Positions 29,369 to 37,203 of a DNA stretch of 41,714 nt are shown here, one piece after another. Origin of the DNA: a virus (lineage: Duplodnaviria; Caudoviricetes). The stretch covers positions 1 to 41,714 of the IMG/VR virus record IMGVR_UViG_3300034008_000014. The stretch is one strand, 5' to 3'. A program made the translations under genes and the position numbers. Under the pieces are notes generated by a model, which ran no database searches, was not told where the DNA came from, and saw only the letters and a program-made list of their open reading frames with translations. Within the stretch, counting starts at the first letter, position 1. Each line of letters begins with the position of its first letter.

Positions 29369-29781
29369 TAAGCGAGCTGCTGGGGGCGGCTGCCATTGTC
29401 ATCGCTGCTGCCTTCGGATATGTCGGCGTGCGTGGTAGCAACAGGGCGAACCAGCGGACAGCGACCGCTCAGACTGCTCTCGACGCTGCCGCCAAGAAGG
29501 CGGAAGCAGAGATAAGTGCAGGCGATCAGGCGTTAGAGCTCGTCAAGATCATGCGCGGCGAGCTCGACAGCGTGAAAGAGGAGCTGTCCGACGTGCGCGA
29601 CGACCTCGCCACGGAACGCGTCTGGCAGGACGAGGTACGGGACGCCTGGACGCGCTATGACGCCTGGGCAGGCCATGTCCTCGAGACGCTCGACCGGGTG
29701 CTGCCTGACGCGCAGAATAGGCTGCCCACGCGGCCGCTGCTCCCCCCGCGGCCCAAACTACTTCATCGGCGCCGGGGGTAG
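29365..29781 (+). CDS. membrane-anchored coiled-coil protein, lysis cassette
   Basis: N-terminal TM followed by heptad region; ATGA overlap. Confidence 0.7.
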   Translation: MISELLGAAAIVIAAAFGYVGVRGSNRANQRTATAQTALDAAAKKAEAEISAGDQALELVKIMRGELDSVKEELSDVRDDLATERVWQDEVRDAWTRYDAWAGHVLETLDRVLPDAQNRLPTRPLLPPRPKLLHRRRG

Positions 29782-29819
29782 ACTATGGGGCACACCTAAC
29801 GGAAAGGGGGCTTGACGTT

Positions 29820-30710
29820 ATGCCTACCACTGGCTACGGCTGGACCGCCAGCGCAAACCCGGCCGACTTCGGCGGCCTGGTCACAGTCTTCGACGCGCCC
29901 GGGCAGTCGGCGGCGATCCGCTGCCGCAAGAACCTGCACATCGGCACCCAAGACGGCATCCTCGGCGACCTCTTCAAGTTCGTCGCCTGGCGGCTCCACA
30001 AGATCGAGCCCGCGGTCGAAGGCGCTCAGAACGATGAGTGGTCGTACTACTTCAAGAAGAACTCCAACGACCCCAACTCGTATTCTCAGCATGCGGGCGG
30101 GCTGGCGTTCGACTGGAACGCGATGCAGCACCCGAACAACGCCGGTCCCTACACGGGCTGGAACATGAAGCAGCGGGCTCAGGTCAAGGCGCTGCTGGCT
30201 GAGGTCGAGTACGTGATCCGCTGGGGGTCGGACTACAACGACTCGATGCACTTCGAGATTGCGAAGGGTCTGGCCAACGACGCGGGCAAGGCGAAGATCG
30301 CACGAGTGGTCAAGAGGCTGCGCGCCACGATGAAGGCGCACCCGGAAGACTTCGGGGGCAAGCCGCTGCCGGTCCCGGTGAAGATCGTGGACGCAGTAGC
30401 CTCGTGGTCCCTGGCCGCGTTCAAGGGCCGGGTGAAGGTGATCGGCTACAACAGCGGGTTCCCGTCCCACGTCAAGGTCATGCAGACCGCTCTGGTGGAG
30501 CTGGGCTACGACCTCGGCCGCCCGGCCGTTGACGGGCTCAAGGGCGCGAAGACCACGGGCGCGGTCGCCTCGTTCCTCCGCAAGACCGGGGTGAAGGGCT
30601 GGCAGAACCTGAGCGGCAAGACGGTCAGCCTCTCCATGTTCAAGACCATCCTCGAAGCCGCGGAGGGAAAGAGGGCGGGCACGCAGTATCCGCCCCTGGT
30701 CGAGAAGTGA
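29820..30710 (+). CDS. endolysin: M15-family peptidase plus peptidoglycan-binding domain
   Basis: SQHAGGLAFD and DSMHFE Zn-peptidase motifs; VKVMQTAL..LGY....VDGLKG.KT..AV PG_binding_1-like motif. Confidence 0.9.
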   Translation: MPTTGYGWTASANPADFGGLVTVFDAPGQSAAIRCRKNLHIGTQDGILGDLFKFVAWRLHKIEPAVEGAQNDEWSYYFKKNSNDPNSYSQHAGGLAFDWNAMQHPNNAGPYTGWNMKQRAQVKALLAEVEYVIRWGSDYNDSMHFEIAKGLANDAGKAKIARVVKRLRATMKAHPEDFGGKPLPVPVKIVDAVASWSLAAFKGRVKVIGYNSGFPSHVKVMQTALVELGYDLGRPAVDGLKGAKTTGAVASFLRKTGVKGWQNLSGKTVSLSMFKTILEAAEGKRAGTQYPPLVEK

Positions 30711-31003
30711 GCTACATCACGCCTAACGATGGGAGTACGCGTATGGTCCCCGAGACGCCTCAGGTGGTCGGCGGCAACGTGTTGACGCTGTTGCCAGCGA
30801 AAGCCCGCCAAGTCGTTTACATCGCCTTCGGTCTGCTGGCACTGGTCGACTCGGCCACGCTGGTCGGCTACGGCGCGCTAGCCCGTGAGCTGCCGGACTG
30901 GCTGGTCGTGGCGACTGCCGTGATCACGTTCCTGGCGCTGCCCATCGGCTCGCTCGCGGCGGGGAACGTGACCCGCGACGCAGGGGAGACTCACTCGAGC
31001 TAG
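30707..31003 (+). CDS. holin
   Basis: Two TM segments (RQVVYIAFGLLAL.., PDWLVVATAVITFLA..); GTGA overlap with endolysin. Confidence 0.7.
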   Translation: MSYITPNDGSTRMVPETPQVVGGNVLTLLPAKARQVVYIAFGLLALVDSATLVGYGALARELPDWLVVATAVITFLALPIGSLAAGNVTRDAGETHSS

Positions 31004-31041
31004 GCGGTGATCCTAGTCTGTCGCTACGGCGACGTAAGGCG

Positions 31042-31080
31042 GCCCTGAGAGTCGACGTCTCCCGACTCTCAGGGCTTCTT
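31042..31080. terminator. terminator at convergence of the two arms
   Basis: GCCCTGAGAGTCG / CGACTCTCAGGGC perfect 13-bp stem followed by TTCTT. Confidence 0.8.
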
Positions 31081-31128
31081 ACTCCCCACTTCTGGGGCGC
31101 TAGGGTCTCTTACTCCCCATTTCTGGGG
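31077..31128. repeat. 21-bp direct repeat x2 with internal palindrome
   Basis: TCTTACTCCCCA(C/T)TTCTGGGG at 31077-31097 and 31108-31128. Confidence 0.8.
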
Positions 31129-31376
31129 TCTTGCGAGTGGTAGACCTTTCCGGCCAGCATCACGAGCTGAGAGATAGCCTGGTCGACCATGCGGGCGACC
31201 TGCTCGTCATCCTTGACCTGCTTGTCATCGAGCGCGACCTTAGTGAGAACATCGAAACTATCGGACGACTGCACCGATCCCGAGAGAGTGGTGCCGCACG
31301 TGTCCGTGGTGCACGTGCCGACAGAGATAAAGACGTTGCCGAGCCAAACGCTGGTAGTGGTGGTCCGAATGGCCAT
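31110..31376 (-). CDS. hypothetical protein
   Basis: SD AGGAGG and own promoter. Confidence 0.75.
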   Translation of the reverse strand: MAIRTTTTSVWLGNVFISVGTCTTDTCGTTLSGSVQSSDSFDVLTKVALDDKQVKDDEQVARMVDQAISQLVMLAGKVYHSQDPRNGE

Positions 31377-31415
31377 GATGTCCTCCTGGTGTGTGGTGTA
31401 CTGCTCTTGTCTACG

Positions 31416-31444
31416 ACTCTACAGTACGTCGGGCCGGAATGCAA
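31416..31444 (-). promoter_or_regulatory. conserved early-type promoter
   Basis: TTGCAT-N17-TAGAGT-CGTAGACAAGAGCA. Confidence 0.85.
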
Positions 31445-31447
31445 ACC

Positions 31448-31717
31448 CTAGTCCGTGAGCATCTGCATAGCGAGCTGGTCGAGAGCAAGCAGCGCGTCGG
31501 CGTACTGCTCTGCCAGCTCGTCGTCTGCGTCTGCCCAGTGCCAGCGCAGCACGTTGCCAGCGACCAGGCAGAGCGCGTTGGTCACGGCGATGCAGCCGTG
31601 ATCGTTGTGGAGCACCTGAAGCGCCTCGGTGTCGTCACGCATCCGGGCGCTCAGGAAGTTGACCCCCAGCAGAAACGTCGCTTTGACCTCTTCGGGGGTG
31701 GGCAGCTCGTCAGACAT
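31448..31717 (-). CDS. hypothetical protein
   Basis: SD GAAAGGA; helical acidic protein. Confidence 0.7.
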   Translation of the reverse strand: MSDELPTPEEVKATFLLGVNFLSARMRDDTEALQVLHNDHGCIAVTNALCLVAGNVLRWHWADADDELAEQYADALLALDQLAMQMLTD

Positions 31718-31940
31718 GAGAGCATCCTTTCGCGTGCGTATCGCCCGGCTCTTTCGTGATGTGCTGCCCTGTCATCGTGTCCATACGAGCGCGACACTTC
31801 GTGCACGTGACCCACCGACAGTGACGGACCTTGCCCTTGGAGACGCAATGAAACTGCCACCACACCTTTCCGCCCGGCACGGTGATGTGGGCACAGCAGG
31901 GACAACGGACGGGGATCGGGGGTAACGCGGTGGTACTCAT
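31710..31940 (-). CDS. small Cys-rich (Zn-binding) protein
   Basis: CPCC...HC...HC...CTKC; overlapping operon arrangement. Confidence 0.65.
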   Translation of the reverse strand: MSTTALPPIPVRCPCCAHITVPGGKVWWQFHCVSKGKVRHCRWVTCTKCRARMDTMTGQHITKEPGDTHAKGCSHV

Positions 31941-32287
31941 GGCGTCTCTCTCTCGGTCAGAATTCTTTCGAGTGTTTCGATTGTCTCACGCGAGACGCTG
32001 ACGCTAAACGCCCGTGTCTCAACCGTCGAAAAGACGGGCGGCGCTGATCGTGTAAACGCAGCGGGCAGCAGGGCGCCTTCTGTGGTGAAGCCGCACTCCT
32101 CCCAGCCTCTCGGGAAGTGACGCCCCCCTGTCGCCTCGGGCGGCGCCGGGACGAGACGATACGCTTCGCCCTGCTCGAGCTGCTTGACGTAGGTACGGGC
32201 GTCGTCTGGCGACTCGGAGATGAGCCGCCAGCCTTCCCAGAAATCCTTGTCGCACGCCCGCACCGCGAAGCCGTGTTCGTCGCTCAC
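31937..32287 (-). CDS. hypothetical protein
   Basis: 4-nt overlaps at both ends. Confidence 0.65.
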   Translation of the reverse strand: MSDEHGFAVRACDKDFWEGWRLISESPDDARTYVKQLEQGEAYRLVPAPPEATGGRHFPRGWEECGFTTEGALLPAAFTRSAPPVFSTVETRAFSVSVSRETIETLERILTERETP

Positions 32288-32649
32288 GACCCGCTCAGCA
32301 TGTCGGCAACCTCGGCGTCTCGGATCATGCCGTCGATCACGTCCGCCAGGACGTTCTCGCCGGGCAGGAAGACGTTCTGCCCACGTGTCTCCTGCTCGAG
32401 GATGAGCGCACGGTGGGCAGCCCGCACGACGGCCGTGCTGGGCTGGTCGACCGACAGGCGATGTGACTGCCAGTGCCGCGGAGCCGCGACGGACGCCGTT
32501 CCGGCGACAATCTGGTCGAGCTCCGGGGCGGCCAAACTGCCAGCCTCCCAGTCGAGAAGGCGGCTCTCGTCTTCCAGCAACTCGAGCCCGTCCTCGCGGC
32601 TCACGACAAACTGCTCTTCGATGCTCTCGGGTGCGTTCGGGTCAAACAT
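32284..32649 (-). CDS. hypothetical protein
   Basis: SD GAAGGGG and own promoter. Confidence 0.7.
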   Translation of the reverse strand: MFDPNAPESIEEQFVVSREDGLELLEDESRLLDWEAGSLAAPELDQIVAGTASVAAPRHWQSHRLSVDQPSTAVVRAAHRALILEQETRGQNVFLPGENVLADVIDGMIRDAEVADMLSGS

Positions 32650-32687
32650 TGGAGTCCCCTTCAGGTCGGTTCGTGCTCTTGTCTACG

Positions 32688-32716
32688 ACTCTACAGCATC
32701 ACTCTTCCCAGCGCAA
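32688..32716 (-). promoter_or_regulatory. conserved early-type promoter
   Basis: TTGCGC-N17-TAGAGT; 32 bp (32664-32695) identical to 34169-34200. Confidence 0.85.
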
Positions 32717-32932
32717 CTCTTTCTCTGTGCGATCCTCATACCACGTCACGACCAACCAGACGCGCCGGTAGCGCACGGGATGCCGGTCTAGCCACCAGTC
32801 GAAGGGGCGAGCAATGTCGACGTTCTCGCCGAACCAGTCGCTAACGTCGTGCTTCAGGTGGTCCCACCACGACCGCGGCACGTACACCGTGTCTGTCTCG
32901 GTGTGGCGCCGCGGTTCGGGCTTAGGCTTCAC
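32699..32932 (-). CDS. hypothetical Trp-rich protein
   Basis: [10 protein letters not shown] motif; GTGA overlap. Confidence 0.65.
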   Translation of the reverse strand: MKPKPEPRRHTETDTVYVPRSWWDHLKHDVSDWFGENVDIARPFDWWLDRHPVRYRRVWLVVTWYEDRTEKELRWEE

Positions 32933-33117
32933 TGCTCAGGCTCGAAGGGAAGCTGAGGCTGGACCCATACCCTGACCATTCCGGCGCGCTTCCGGGCGCG
33001 ATAGGCGATGGTCCGCACGGAGTCGCGGGCAATGCCCAACTCCTCGGCCAGCTTCTCGTACGTGGCGCCTTCGGCCAGGCGTCGTAGCACCAGGGCATCT
33101 CGGGTCTCTTCGTTCAT
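32929..33117 (-). CDS. HTH DNA-binding protein (sigma region 4-like)
   Basis: [29 protein letters not shown]; SD GAAAGG. Confidence 0.8.
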   Translation of the reverse strand: MNEETRDALVLRRLAEGATYEKLAEELGIARDSVRTIAYRARKRAGMVRVWVQPQLPFEPEQ

Positions 33118-33119
33118 GG

Positions 33120-33308
33120 TCAGCCTTTCAGATTGATCTGGACGAACCGGCCGGTCGCCGGGTCGCGGGTCACGCCTGCCGCCATGCTGCGCAGCAGCCG
33201 GTCGAGCGAGCCGCGCTCGCAAGCGAGGCAGTCGCCGTCAGCGTTGAGGCCCTCGAGGGCGTCGGTGCCGCAGGTCTCGCAGGTCTCGGTGTCGCACGCT
33301 GTGTTCAT
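33120..33308 (-). CDS. small Zn-ribbon protein
   Basis: CETC...CLAC and RDPATGRF motif. Confidence 0.65.
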   Translation of the reverse strand: MNTACDTETCETCGTDALEGLNADGDCLACERGSLDRLLRSMAAGVTRDPATGRFVQINLKG

Positions 33309-33466
33309 TAGAAGACTCTACGGTCATCGGCCCGCTGGGCGGCGAGCGCTGCCGCAATCTCCGCCCGAATCTCCGCGAGGGTGGAATCTTCGCGCATCTC
33401 AGCCACACGGCCAGGGTGCACGCCAGCGGCAAGGGCTTCGGTCAGCAGTAGATTTTTGGTGCTCAT
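33308..33466 (-). CDS. hypothetical protein (52 aa; not in ORF track)
   Basis: MSTKNLLLTEALAAGVHPGRVAEMRED...; SD GGAGG, own promoter, TAATG coupling to next gene. Confidence 0.75.
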   Translation of the reverse strand: MSTKNLLLTEALAAGVHPGRVAEMREDSTLAEIRAEIAAALAAQRADDRRVF

Positions 33467-33504
33467 GGTAACCTCCGGGTCGGCGTGTCTAACTCTTGTC
33501 TATG

Positions 33505-33533
33505 ACTCTACACGAGCAGGGCGCCAGGTGCAA
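33505..33533 (-). promoter_or_regulatory. conserved early-type promoter
   Basis: TTGCAC-N17-TAGAGT-CATAGACAAGAG. Confidence 0.85.
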
Positions 33534-33552
33534 GCCCTGGCGCCCATGAATC

Positions 33553-34155
33553 TCAGGCGGTCTCGATCATGTCGAGATTGTGGCACGGGCAGATCGGGGC
33601 GCCGTAGGTGTCCAACCAGACGCGCGTCATGCGGACGAGGTAGCCGCTCTCGGCTACGCACGACACCTTCAGCATCCGGGTGCCCTGCTTCTTCGGCCCT
33701 TCGGCGCTGTCGTCAGGAGTGCCGCCGAGACGCGCATGCGGGTAGTCACCCAACGCCCGCGCGATGTCCTCGAGCTGGCTGGTCAGCGCCTCGCCTGCTT
33801 CGCTCGTCGTCATCTTGCCCTCGTAGCCGCAGAACTTCATCATCTTGGCGAAGTTACCACGGTGCCCGCTCTTGCAGTCATCGACCGCGTGAAGCACTTC
33901 GTGACCTAGCACGGCGAGCACGGTGTGAGCGTCGCTGACCACGGGGGAGATGAAGACCTGATTCACGCCGTCTTCGCTGACCTTGCGAGTCCAGCACTGG
34001 CCGCGTACGGCCGACTTGGGGCCACTCCCGCCCGGCCACCCCACTGAGAGCCGCAGCTCAGGGAGCAGAATGCCCCGCGGCTCGAAGATGTGAATGTTCA
34101 TGTATTCGACGGCCGCCGTGAGCCACTCTTCGCGGGTCCCGTACTTTGCGCTCAT
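33553..34155 (-). CDS. SprT-like zinc metalloprotease
   Basis: HEVLH (HExxH), GHRGNF, C-terminal C...CPCH; SD AGGAGG. Confidence 0.8.
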   Translation of the reverse strand: MSAKYGTREEWLTAAVEYMNIHIFEPRGILLPELRLSVGWPGGSGPKSAVRGQCWTRKVSEDGVNQVFISPVVSDAHTVLAVLGHEVLHAVDDCKSGHRGNFAKMMKFCGYEGKMTTSEAGEALTSQLEDIARALGDYPHARLGGTPDDSAEGPKKQGTRMLKVSCVAESGYLVRMTRVWLDTYGAPICPCHNLDMIETA

Positions 34156-34192
34156 CTCTCTACCTCCTGGTCGGTTCGTGCTCTTGTCTACG

Positions 34193-34221
34193 ACTCTACA
34201 CGACGCAGCCAGGCAGTGCAA
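34193..34221 (-). promoter_or_regulatory. conserved early-type promoter
   Basis: TTGCAC-N17-TAGAGT-CGTAGACAAGAGCA. Confidence 0.85.
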
Positions 34222-34230
34222 GCGTTTAAA

Positions 34231-34851
34231 CTAGAAAGGCGCCACCGGTTCGCCCGGGTGCTCGAGCTCCCACTGGTCGACCTCGTACTGGGGCACCGAC
34301 CAGTCGCCCGACATGGGCCAGGTCTCGAGGTAGGCGACCGCATTGCGCAAGATGTTTAGCGAATCATGCGCGGCGCCTAGGAGTTCGTGATTGCACCGGG
34401 CGCAGAGCAGCCCGCGGACGCACTCACGGCAGCCCGTCTTGCAGTGAGCGTGGTCGTGGTCGACGCTCATGCGCTTGGTCAACGGGCGTTGACGGCAGAT
34501 AGCACACTTCCCGTGCTGAAGCGTGTAGAGCCAGTTGTAGGTATCCTCGTCAATCCCGAACGTACTCTTCGTCCGTGACTTGTGCGAGGCGACGCTCTGG
34601 CAGGCTTTGCACCTAGAGCCGATGGTGTCAGCCAGGCGCACGAACGTCTGGCAGCCCGAGCACCAACGCCGACCAGGCGGCCAGAGACTCTTGTCGACCG
34701 TCTTACGGCGCAGCGACTCGGGCACCATGGCAAGTCGGGCCAGGGCTGCCTCGGCGCGTTTAACGGGCGGCTGCTTCAGCAACCAGCACTCCTCGCAGCG
34801 CTGGCGCCTGGGCAGCGCCTCGAGGTCGCGGCAGTCAGTGCAGAGCCTCAT
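34231..34851 (-). CDS. endonuclease VII-family (His-Me finger) nuclease
   Basis: QHGKCAIC, VDHDH, VRGLLCARCN motifs; extra N-terminal CxxC pairs. Confidence 0.9.
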   Translation of the reverse strand: MRLCTDCRDLEALPRRQRCEECWLLKQPPVKRAEAALARLAMVPESLRRKTVDKSLWPPGRRWCSGCQTFVRLADTIGSRCKACQSVASHKSRTKSTFGIDEDTYNWLYTLQHGKCAICRQRPLTKRMSVDHDHAHCKTGCRECVRGLLCARCNHELLGAAHDSLNILRNAVAYLETWPMSGDWSVPQYEVDQWELEHPGEPVAPF

Positions 34852-35056
34852 GCTGTTTACACGCCCTAACTGTTGTCATAGCGACCGGGTACTGAGCCTC
34901 GCCGACAAAGATAAACTCACGGTCGCAGTCGGAGCAAGCGAAATTGACTGGCAGTTGAGCGCCGCAGTCTGGGCAAAGGAAGGCCACTGTCTCACCCGTG
35001 AGAGCGAGCTCAACGGGCACCATACCGACATGCGGACAGTCAGTGCGGAGTCTCAC
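34835..35056 (-). CDS. small Zn-finger protein
   Basis: GTGA overlap at 35053-35056; CPH, CPDC, CSDC. Confidence 0.6.
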   Translation of the reverse strand: MRLRTDCPHVGMVPVELALTGETVAFLCPDCGAQLPVNFACSDCDREFIFVGEAQYPVAMTTVRACKQHEALH

Positions 35057-35472
35057 CGCCGATAGGTGCGGCGTGGCCACAGCGAGCCGCGCAGGCCGTC
35101 CACGGCCGGGCCGAGCGGGACGATGCGCAGCCCCTTGTTGGCGCCCGTCTTCGTGACCAACAGAAGCCGCCCCATGCCGTCGACCTTCACGGCGACCTGT
35201 ATCGCCCTCTCGCAGGGCAGGGGAACGCAACTCCGACAGCTCCGCGTGTAGCTGCCGCGGAAGTAGCGTTTACATGTAACGCACTTACGCTCACCTGGCT
35301 GCACCTTGGCGAAGAGCGCCGACAGCTCGGGCTCACCGTACTGCCCAAGCCAGCGGGCGAGCGCCACCCGAGAGATGCCGATGTAGTCGGTCACGGCGTT
35401 GGGCGTCTGGTCGGCGTCGAGTAGCGCCCTGACCCGCGCGATGCGGGCGGGAACGTCGATCCTGGCAGTCAC
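35053..35472 (-). CDS. HTH plus Zn-finger protein
   Basis: VTDYIGISRVALARWL helix-turn-helix-like; CVTC, CRSC. Confidence 0.6.
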   Translation of the reverse strand: MTARIDVPARIARVRALLDADQTPNAVTDYIGISRVALARWLGQYGEPELSALFAKVQPGERKCVTCKRYFRGSYTRSCRSCVPLPCERAIQVAVKVDGMGRLLLVTKTGANKGLRIVPLGPAVDGLRGSLWPRRTYRR

Positions 35473-35846
35473 GGCAGACGCCTGTTCATGTCCACGAGGC
35501 TTCTCGCTGTGCGCCCCGTGGACATGAGGTAGTACGCGGGCCAGCTCAGGGCCAGAGCGAGCCCCAGCTCGACCCTGGCCCCCTTCGACTGAGGCCAGCC
35601 GGGCAGCAGGATGATGCCACGGCAGCCCAGCGCCAGCGCTTCGGCCAGGTCGTCGGCCAGGTAGTCGCCGAAAGCGGCTGAGCCGAGACCGTTAGGCTCG
35701 TGGTGCACGACCAGCGCAGGATTCACGACCATGACGCCGTGACGGCTGCACCACTCCGCAGCCGCAGCGAACGCCGGGAAGTTAAACTCGGGATAGCCAG
35801 ACATCGGGCCAGAGAGATAATAGGTCAGGCTCTTGTCGATGCTCAT
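35469..35846 (-). CDS. DUF4406 / nucleoside 2-deoxyribosyltransferase-like protein
   Basis: YYLSGPMSGYPEFNFPAF, VVNPA, LLPGWPQSKGARVE motifs. Confidence 0.85.
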   Translation of the reverse strand: MSIDKSLTYYLSGPMSGYPEFNFPAFAAAAEWCSRHGVMVVNPALVVHHEPNGLGSAAFGDYLADDLAEALALGCRGIILLPGWPQSKGARVELGLALALSWPAYYLMSTGRTARSLVDMNRRLP

Positions 35847-36787
35847 GGCAGAGAAATCACTTTCCGGGCACCGCGCAGCATCTTGGGCGCGCTCAGCGCT
35901 ACGTGGTGCTTGCTGTGCAGGACCCAACCATGCCGGGTCAGCTCCCAATACTCACCCGGCAGGCCCCGGGCCTCGACGCGCGCCCCCACGGGCAGCGCGG
36001 CAAACTCGGCCTCCGTGCGCAGTGTGTCGCCGACCTTCGGGCCGACCTCGACGGCCTCGACGGGATACCACGGGCCGAGCTCGGCGAAGTTCTTGACCTC
36101 GTAAAGCGTGTTCCCGTCGCTCAGCGTGCAGACCTTCGTGTCGCCGACCTCGAGGCCGTTGCGATGCCAGAGGACATCAAAAAACCCGACGAAAGCGCGC
36201 TCAGGCTCAGCCTCGACGGGATACCACGGGCCAAGCTCGGCGAAGTTGGCTACCTCGGCCACGCCAGACGCCCAACTGGGCGCGCCGGTGACTAGTCGTA
36301 TGCCGTCGTCGGCGCGCAGTTCAATCGGAAAGAGCATAAAAGCACGCTCCTCGGAGGGCTGCTGTGACTCAAGCGGTGCCGGAATCCTGATCGGGCCGCG
36401 CTCGCGCTCAGCTAGTTGCTCGATGTCGCCGACCAGGGCGGCGAGGTTGGCCGCAGTCGGCCGGTCATCCGTCCCCAGCCCCCGCGACTGAAAGGCGATC
36501 AGCGTGTGGAGATTCCACATCGCGTGCGCCAGGTGGGACAGGCCGCTCTCGGGGTCAACGTCCTCACCGCCGAGCCAGGCCAGGAAGTGGCGGCTCGCAG
36601 CGTTAGCGCTGAGCGACCAGTCGTAGCCGCGTAGGAAGTTGTGCTGACTGTACTTCTGAGCGCCGAAGCCAGCCACCTTCGCCAGCTCGGTAATGGCCCG
36701 CGGGTCGAGAGCGGCAAACTGTGCCAGTTTCGAGCCCTTCTGGCCGCCCGTCGCGCTGGTCACCCGTACCTCTTCGTCATCCTTCAT
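35843..36787 (-). CDS. dATP/dGTP diphosphohydrolase (DUF5664) domain protein with C-terminal extension
   Basis: GGQK, FGAQKYSQHNFLRG, RH...GEDVDPESGLSHLAHA motifs; SD AGGAG at ATG 36787. Confidence 0.85.
   Translation of the reverse strand: MKDDEEVRVTSATGGQKGSKLAQFAALDPRAITELAKVAGFGAQKYSQHNFLRGYDWSLSANAASRHFLAWLGGEDVDPESGLSHLAHAMWNLHTLIAFQSRGLGTDDRPTAANLAALVGDIEQLAERERGPIRIPAPLESQQPSEERAFMLFPIELRADDGIRLVTGAPSWASGVAEVANFAELGPWYPVEAEPERAFVGFFDVLWHRNGLEVGDTKVCTLSDGNTLYEVKNFAELGPWYPVEAVEVGPKVGDTLRTEAEFAALPVGARVEARGLPGEYWELTRHGWVLHSKHHVALSAPKMLRGARKVISLP
36054..36247. repeat. 38-bp intragenic direct repeat (1 mismatch)
   Basis: 36054-36091 and 36210-36247, both encode NFAELGPWYPVEA. Confidence 0.9.
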
Positions 36788-36822
36788 GTCGTCTCCTGGT
36801 TTGTAAGTATGTCTGGACAAAG

Positions 36823-36946
36823 TGGAAAGGGCAGGATTCGAACCTGCGACTGCGGCGTGCCACGTGCGCCCGGCGTCTCTGCCACGCTTCCGGAATTCCA
36901 CACGTGCCTAGGTGCACCTGCTGCTCTACCACTGAGCTACCTTCCC
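36823..36946 (-). ncRNA. tRNA-like RNA with Ala identity and an expanded anticodon arm
   Basis: Acceptor GGGAAGG/CCUUUCC-A (G3-U70, A73), U8A9, D arm GCUC-AGUGGUA-GAGC, T arm GCAGG-UUCGAAU-CCUGC; about 70-nt rod instead of the 17-nt anticodon arm. Confidence 0.8.
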
Positions 36947-36958
36947 TGAAGACTAAAA

Positions 36959-37203
36959 CGCCGGGCACGCTTCCCCACGTGTCCACCCCGGCGCCCTAGT
37001 CAGGAAGGCGCCCACTTCGTACCGATGGTCAGCACTCCCACAACCCAAGCCATGCTGTCGATCCAGCGGGCTAGAGTAATTGGTGCGCTGAGCGGTTGGC
37101 CCGTGGGCGCCTACCTGGCCCCCGAGACACCGCCGCTATGGCAGTGCCTCGGGTCTGAGCAGGTCGTGCAGATCAGATGAGCGCGCTTGCGCGCGAGTCA
37201 TCC
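36959..37203 (-). ncRNA. structured non-coding tract (several hairpins)
   Basis: Stems at 36959-36993, 37001-37117 (14/15-bp closing stem), 37121-37153, 37154-37177 and a GCAA-tetraloop hairpin near 37182-37193; G-U pairs favour the minus strand. Confidence 0.6.

Noticed and set aside
31402-34221. CRISPR-like array
   Set aside because: Repeats are 0.7-1.3 kb apart, separated by genes, and match promoter architecture
36054-36247. Diversity-generating retroelement TR/VR pair
   Set aside because: Only 38 bp with one mismatch, both copies in one ORF, and no reverse transcriptase
36823-36850. attP core matching a host tRNA 3' end
   Set aside because: No integrase recognised, and the 5' half of the tRNA fold is also present and complementary
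36788-36901. N-terminal extension of the DUF5664 ORF to 36901
   Set aside because: It overlaps the tRNA-like RNA; ATG 36787 has a good SD and the domain begins there
36823-36946. Canonical tRNA, amber suppressor (ACCUAGG bulge contains CUA) or full tmRNA
   Set aside because: No 5-bp stem/7-nt loop with U33; TAG is used as a normal stop in many genes; far too short for tmRNA, with no tag ORF, and it has a D stem
37136-37201. 21-aa ORF MTRAQARSSDLHDLLRPEALP after ssb as a tmRNA-like tag
   Set aside because: No Ala-Ala-type degron, lies outside the tRNA-like domain, and could arise by chance
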